This document shows positions 57,095 to 64,000 of a stretch of DNA of 64,000 bases, in pieces. Origin of the DNA: Trichoplax adhaerens (taxonomy: Eukaryota; Animalia; Placozoa); assembly GCF_000150275.1 (NCBI RefSeq), contig NW_002060944.1, positions 437,614 through 501,613 on the forward strand, read 5' to 3'. Each line of letters begins with the position of its first letter. Within the stretch, counting starts at the first letter, position 1. The translations under genes and the position numbers were made by a program. Below the pieces are notes generated by a model. The model worked only from the letters and a program-made list of their open reading frames with translations, searched no databases and was not told the DNA's origin.

Positions 57095-57786
57095 CTACTT
57101 GCGCTAAATTTTTTATATAGTTAGTTGCGAAAACCTTATCTTTGGTTTTACCATAGTATAGCTTTGTTACTTCACGACGGCCATTTGGCTTAAAGTAGCA
57201 ATGATCTACTATTTATATTATTGTGACCTAACATATTTGAAAATTTCTATTTTGACCAGAGAATACGTATATTTCAATGTATTCAATATATTCTGAATTA
57301 CCAAGTAGAAGTTAAGAAATTTAAACTAGCTAATTCGTTTTGGGTATTATTATAGTATAGTCAATACTATTCCGATAAGGATAATTAATAGGCACTGCTA
57401 GCATTTTGATTTACTACAGCTATACACTTACGGCTAAAGGTGCAATACGATGCACTTATAATTTATCAATTTAAAACAGTACTCAAAGTAGATAGTAATA
57501 ACGTTACGATTATTTTACTGAGATTCATGACAATAGCACGGCAGTACCGATCCTCCTCACCTTAAGTATTAAATGTTATCGACCTCGTTAAACTTTATAA
57601 TTTATAGATACTTTTTCTTCGTTTAGGCTATTTGTGCTAAATTTTTCATTTACGTAGCTAAACTTTATCGTTAGTCTTGCCATACTAGAGCTTTGTTACT
57701 GTATGGCAGCTATTCCACTTAAAGTAGCAATGATTAATTATCTACATTATTGTTGTCTAACATCTTTGGGAACTTCTGTTTTGACC
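57095..57786. repeat. ~165-bp direct duplication (57095-57258 and 57629-57786) upstream of the CUB gene
   Basis: gctaaattttt...gctttgttact...cttaaagtagcaatgat...ctaacat.tttg...ttttgacc twice. Confidence 0.8.
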
Positions 57787-58037
57787 TATGAATAAATTTC
57801 AATTAATTTCAATTTATAGTACTGAAAATGTAATGCGACACATTGATAACTTATCAACTTATTAAAAATTGTATTCATAGAAAATAATATGTAATCTTGT
57901 GATTACTTTACTCAGAACCATGATAAAGGGAAAAAATTACCGTAGCTATGATTTATGTTAGCGATTTTACGGAATAAATTAATAAAAATTATCTATCTAT
58001 TGATAGGTTTGTATACGTTGAAGTTTCGTTAAGAGCA

Positions 58038-61000
58038 ATGGCAGTTACACTTCCTCTCTTAGTCCTGTTCGTACTCTTTTCCAATGCTAATGGTAAGTAT
58101 TATCAACTTATAGCTTCAATTATTACTAAAACTTTACTTCACTTTTTAGTTATATTAATTTCTTATTTCTTTTGATATAGCGGCATGCAATAAGAGTTTT
58201 ACCTTAAGCAGTGATACTTTCGCTACCGAAAACTTTCCAAACCGCAATTTTACCGGATATTGCCATTACCAAATTAAACTTCCTTTTCGCCGTGCAATTG
58301 ATTTACAATGGCTAGCATTTGATGTTGGATCTCCTAAAGTAAACAGCAAATGTCCTGATAATTATGTAACAGTCTCTGATGGCGCTTTTCCACAAATTCA
58401 ACACACGTATACATTTTGTGGTAAACAGCCACAAAATATAACTTCGAAAACTAATATTCTTTCAATCATCTTATATGTTAATTCCAATTGTTCCCATCAA
58501 GGTTTTCGCGTAAAATATACATCACGTAAGTTATACTTGTATCCATAAAATCTTTTATGCTAGAAAAAAGAGCTAAAATAGTATACTGTGTAAGATATAG
58601 AAGAAGGATTGAATCTGTTTTACGTTTCGTTTTCTTCACTGCCAGAACGGCGATATTGGAAAAATTATTACGATTTTGGAGTGTAAATACTCAACACACT
58701 AGTTACTATATTCTTTAAGAACAGATTTGAGCAATTTGAATCTACTTTCACCAGAGTTCTATTACATGAAAACTCATCAACTAATTTTTTAGGAATTGAG
58801 TTAAGCACGTTTACTCCAAATGTAAAAGTGGCATGAAATTATATGATGGAAGCTATAATGTTTCTGAAAATCAAGTTTATAAGTTTTGTGCGTATATTAA
58901 ATCTCCACCATCATTTACATCCAGTTCAAATATGGTTTCTATCAGTTTTTATGACAACCACAACAGTGGTGGAAATCTAGTTTTCGCATTTTCATACCAA
59001 GCAGGTAAGTTAAATGTAGTAACCTCAATGATGTCTGCTAATATTCTAACAAAGGAATGTAGGCGACAAATAAAGAATATATCAATCATGATGCAGAGTT
59101 CATTTTAGAGAAGAATTAGCGATGCATTTAATACAATACCATGCAAATAGTATAGTTACATCACTGAAAATATATTTTTTACGAAGTATCTTTTGCATGA
59201 CTGTTGTAACATAGTTTCCATAAGATCATTTATCTAGAAACGTTTTTAATATTAATTTATCTATGCTGTCACGGATATTTCAATAGATAATCGCATAATT
59301 ATATGATATTATTCGTGAACTGATAGTTAGTGTCTATATAGCCTTGCTATAAATTGGCTGACTTTTGAATAATGTTTGGATTTAGTTTTGTTAACGAGAA
59401 ACCAGTTTTGTTAGTGTTCCTCCCGACAATAGTTTATCGTCAATATTTGGAGTATTACTGTAGGTAGATATTAGGGAGGAAAAAACTTCGATAGCAGACT
59501 CATATTTTCTTAAGCTGTCAATGATAGTTGAATTTTTTCTTGTTACAAAGTTATATTTATAACAATATTATAAAAGTATCCTAACTGAATTATAAATTCA
59601 TTATATAAATAGTAATGATATTGAATATTGATCATAAACTAAATTTTGTCGATATTGCAAGAGGGAGCATAAAGTACTCATTTCTCTATTTGTTTATAAC
59701 AGTTCCTCGAAAATCCTGCAATTACACTATGAAAACCCTAACAGGATCGATATCGATACCTTCTACGCCTAACTATAACAACTCTAATCTGACTTGTGTT
59801 ACACTGCTGGAACCTCCCGCCGCCAAGTATCTTATTCTACAATGGAATAGCATCGGGGAAAATTTTAGAGATCCTCAAAAGTGTGATGATTTTGTGGAAG
59901 TTTATCTTAGAAACATCAGTTCTAGTACTTTATATACCAAACTTTGCAATGCGACTCGAGGTACCACAATTTCTATTAAAAATCTAGATAAGAAGATTTT
60001 CGTACGCTATGTCACCAAAAATTATAATAGCAGGAAACAATTCAATTTGAGGTATTATGGAGGTAAATATAAATATTAACTTATCATACCTTTCAACTAA
60101 TACGCAAGAAAATAGCCTGCATCAGTATTAAAATGCTTTATTATGCTTTTTGCACGAAAATTATTTCCTTAAATGCTAATTAACCCAATTCTTTTAGTTA
60201 TCTGTTTCAAGCTACTTGAATCTAATTTTGAAACTTTCTACTTTTTTTTATTTTAGTTTCAAAATCTCAAGTTTCATTTACAATCCGTCAACCTGTCCCA
60301 GGTGTTCCGTGGTGCTTCCGCACATTAGTCTATTATAATACAACTATTAAGCCAGTATTGGTCGACATTCACACATTTTGTTCGTGTAAGTACCGTAATC
60401 TATGACTTCTATTCAATTAATTACAAACTTATACTTAGTAACTTACTTGCATCATATCAATGAAGTAACAAATTCGAAGCTAAATTCATTATCGCGTTAT
60501 CTCTACTTACCTAGTGCTTGCAATTAAAAAGTTAGTATAAATTCTCCTTGCTTCCAAATTACTGTATGTAATCCATTTAATTTATTGCTATATAAGTAGA
60601 TATCTCAAAATGGTAGTAAAGATATGTAGCAATTATAGATACTATTACATACAAACTACCTGGGCTATCTCGACTAGTTCCCGTCACCTAGTGGAAACTA
60701 CTAATAGTAGAATAACATCATTATGAAATGACTGCAATACGTGACGTTAATATCGTCTCGAAATAGTCACTTGCGCAAGCTTTCTATCTAACATGTCATT
60801 GAAAATTATTCTGTTACAATCTTTTAATCTAAAGCTCATTTTGGGTCTGTGCTACGATCAGACAATCGTATGCTGAATGATTATGTAGTTCGAATATATA
60901 CTGATAGCATTTAGATGAGTATCCTTTAATAAATAAATATACACTCATATAATTTCAATAATCTTGATACCATAATTTTATGTTCGTGTGGTATATTAAC

Positions 61001-61327
61001 AACTTTATTTATGGTGTTATTCGTTATATTCAATGTTTTCTACGATATGAATATTGATAAATATTATAATAATTCCTGAATAATTTCACTCTATGTTTGT
61101 TTCACATCACAGCTCCCAGCTCATCACCAACCGGATTCCAATTTCCAACATTCTTTATTCCAACAATTATTATTCCGACTTTCGCACCATCGCCTACAAC
61201 TTCTGGTTGGGTATATGGTGGTGCCTCAGCTGGTGTATTAGTCATTTTGGCCTTTTTAAGTCTGATGTTTAGGCAATATCGTTGGCGCTATTTAGTACGA
61301 GAGCAACAACAGTATCGAACTCTTTAA
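58038..61327 (+). CDS. CUB-domain type I membrane protein (signal, CUB1, [disrupted CUB2], CUB3, small Cys exon, Pro/Thr stalk, TM, YRTL tail)
   Basis: MAVTLPLLVLFVLFSNAN (58038-58092); CUB1 CNKSF...TENFPN...CHYQI...LQWLAFDVG...CPDNYVTVSDG...FCG...GFRVKY (58181-58525); CUB3 in ORF 59615-60079 (CNYTM...CDDFVEVY...LCN...FNLRY); exon ~60257-60385; last exon GWVYGGASAGVLVILAFLSLMFRQYR...QQYRTL*. Confidence 0.72.
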
Positions 61328-62169
61328 GTTGCGCTTATGGACGTAGTTTTACACCGTTTCTAACTTTTCTTAAATATAATTCTACATGTTATAAACATAT
61401 GCCTGTTTCAATAGATCATTTTCCTCTTACATCAAAATAGCAATTTACTGTATTTAGTCTGTTCAATATTATGCTTGTAGTTTATCTTGAATGTAGGCAT
61501 TTGAAGTTGAATTTTCAGTATCTAGGTGTGTTATAAATCGACGTTTACGACGGCGAAAATATTAAAATTACAATAGAAAACTGCAACATACTGTATCTGC
61601 TATCAGATTAGTCCTCCATGAAAATCTTCTAGCATCAAGAAGAACAGAGCCACTGGTCTCTCTTTGGATAAAACTGAACCCAAAGTTTGTTCAAAAGTGG
61701 TTCAATTTGTGGCAAACCTAAATAAAACATTAGTTATCAGTACATAGATGAATAAGTGATTCATAATAATATAAAACTATGCAGTTATCTATTAAAAATA
61801 TTTAAAATGTCATAGTAGCAACATCTACAACACAATCCTAGTTACGCGCGCGTACGTAATGCTATGAAAACTATACTAATATAGAATATCATGTTTAGTT
61901 ATTAACAGTACCTTACAGTCTTGACTATTTGCAATGAATCATTGCTATTACATAATATATGATGGCTTATGTTGTATCTAATTTTATTCGTATAATCTTG
62001 TTTTCTGTATTAGTTCTATCTCTATCACAGTAAATACTAGCGATTTCTGACTCAGATTAAGTTGCATTAGTTGCAATGCTTGTAATCTTAACACGGTACT
62101 TTGCGACAGCTTACTTGTTACCCTTTAGTAAATACGACATCGGGAGCAAATTATGATTATAATCTACAA

Positions 62170-62700
62170 TAAAACGTCCATTTTCTCTATAGCCTTGAAG
62201 TAATTCTCTAAATGATGACAAATTACGCTATAGCGGATACATCAAGCCCTCGATCCCAACATCCATTTATATGGCACAAAATTTACCCATTACTTGGGTA
62301 CTTTTAGTTCATGAGCTATCAATTTTCTACGATTACTTCCAATGCCTATCAAATGATTCTAGAGCTATAATATTATTTCACTAACGCTGATTTCATAGTT
62401 AAATTGAACTCTAGTAGATGTTTGATGTTAATTGCTGAGAGCATCTCTGGCACATAATGACATACAGACTATTTGGTATTACTATTTTGGAAGTATATGA
62501 TTGTATTTCGATTCTAGAATACTGACCAGAATAAACATCATTGTCAGTGATTATTGTGGGACTAGAAATGCTAACTTTAATACGTTGAAAGAATGCCTAT
62601 GATATAGCCCTTTGCAGATTCATTTTCCTACCAATTTTGCCATGATGTAAATTCTGCTGCTACTGCTACTGAAAATAGAATAGCTTCTGTATTTATTACA
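62170..62700 (+). pseudogene. Decayed copine fragments
   Basis: caaattacgctatagcg matches ~47394-47409; gattcattttcctaccaattttgc...tgctgcta...ctgaa.at.gaa.agc.tctgta matches ~47853-47946 with deletions. Confidence 0.7.
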
Positions 62701-63057
62701 TGGCGTTATTGTACAGAGATTTAGCTTTAACTACGTGTGTAACAATATTATTTCTTAATCACAATTTTAATTAATAATATAATCATCATTTCTTAATCTT
62801 AATCATTATTTCTTCCTTGATTTCAATTTTGAAACTTTCGATTTTGACATACATTCTATGGCAGATTTCGATGAACTGCTGAAATCGACGTATGTTAAGG
62901 TTGCGCCATTTTGAGATACAGTTTGCACACGAGAATAGTTTCAATCTTTCTTGATTAGAATTACCGCTATATATTTACACTAATCTACGTATACGACTTG
63001 AACGGCTTTAAACCACTTGATATAAAAATAAATAAAGCGATGGTAAAATCTTTTAAT

Positions 63058-64000
63058 ATTGTTTGCTTGAAGATTATTCGTTTAAGTAAAGCGATAAGCG
63101 CATCGTTAGCTACCATAACTGATTACTCTGCTATGCTATCCCCATCAGTACAAAATGTATGCCGCGATTGATATAGATAAAGCATTTGTATGTTGAACAC
63201 TTGAATGTATATTAGAATCATGATTCGATAAATACGAGATAGTATTGTAAGCTTGTGGATAATTATAATTGAAAGGGGATTTCATTTTGTTGCAATCGCT
63301 GCTTCAATAAAGTGCTCGACTTCATTAAAATGATATGGACAAATTACCTTAGGAGGGCTCCAAGCTAGAATAGACTATGATTGCATCCATAATCCTACAT
63401 AAGTACAAATGTAGACTAAATTAATTTCCTTATACACTATGCAGCCAACAGATTGACAGGGAATTAGCTGAAGTTCTAGATCCAATTGAGAGCACCAACA
63501 TTGATGATGATTTGGTATCAAATATACCACATGTCAATGGCACAAATGTAGAGTCTAAATTGATTTCCTTATACACTAGACCATAGTTGAGAGGGGGTAA
63601 GCAGTAATTCAAATAATTTTTGCTATTCACGTATGGTCTATTGTACACTACACAGCCTGTTAACAGATTGACTGGGAATTAGCTCAAGTTTTAGATCCAA
63701 TTGAGAGCACCAACATTGATGATGATTTGGTATCAAATATACCACATGTCAATGGCACAAATGTAGACTAAATTGATTTCCTTGTACACTATACAGCCAG
63801 CAAATTCACTGGGAATTCGCTAAAGTTCCAGATCCAATGGAGAGCATCAACATTGATGACGATTTGATATCAGTCAAGCACGTAGTGAATTGTATGCTTT
63901 GCCTAATACTTGTACTCCTATCATACAGTACACTGTAGTATGTATATTTATATAGGATCTACATGATTAGTTAGAACGTTCTATTGATACTAATGAGTAG
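63058..64000. repeat. Duplicated block, about 3 R units and the tail that precedes the METTL22 locus at 51300-51410
   Basis: tatgctttgcctaatact.gtac.ccta...tataggatcta...gattag.tagaac.ttc.attgatactaatgagt occurs at both ~51308 and ~63893. Confidence 0.9.

Noticed and set aside
63430-63648. 72-aa ORF / QCWC (WSC-like) reading of the R repeat
   Set aside because: Frames are not preserved among R copies; treated as non-coding repeat

Overview
AT-rich eukaryotic genomic DNA with short GT-AG introns. Composition, intron size and gene content suggest a basal animal, most likely a placozoan (Trichoplax-like); this assignment is inference. From 5' to 3' the window holds: (1) the 5' end of one and the whole of a second tandem minus-strand mesothelin/otoancorin/stereocilin-superfamily gene (signal peptide, Ser/Pro microexons, RKRR furin-type site, GPI-type tail); (2) GGA (minus) and RRP7A (plus), divergent, with a GC-richer and extensively self-complementary ~450-700 nt segment between them that looks like a structured RNA I cannot assign to a known family; (3) two small convergent secreted-peptide genes; (4) INTS15/C7orf26 (minus) and a copine (plus), divergent, separated by a 4 x 102-bp minisatellite carrying an E2F-like palindrome; (5) a mosaic of local segmental duplications containing an intronless METTL22 pseudogene, copine fragments, a CUB-domain type I membrane gene with a dead internal CUB exon, a decayed copy of that gene's 3' end, and a ~135-bp repeat family. 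No rRNA, tRNA, CRISPR array or transposase was recognised. All gene models were assembled by eye from splice signals.
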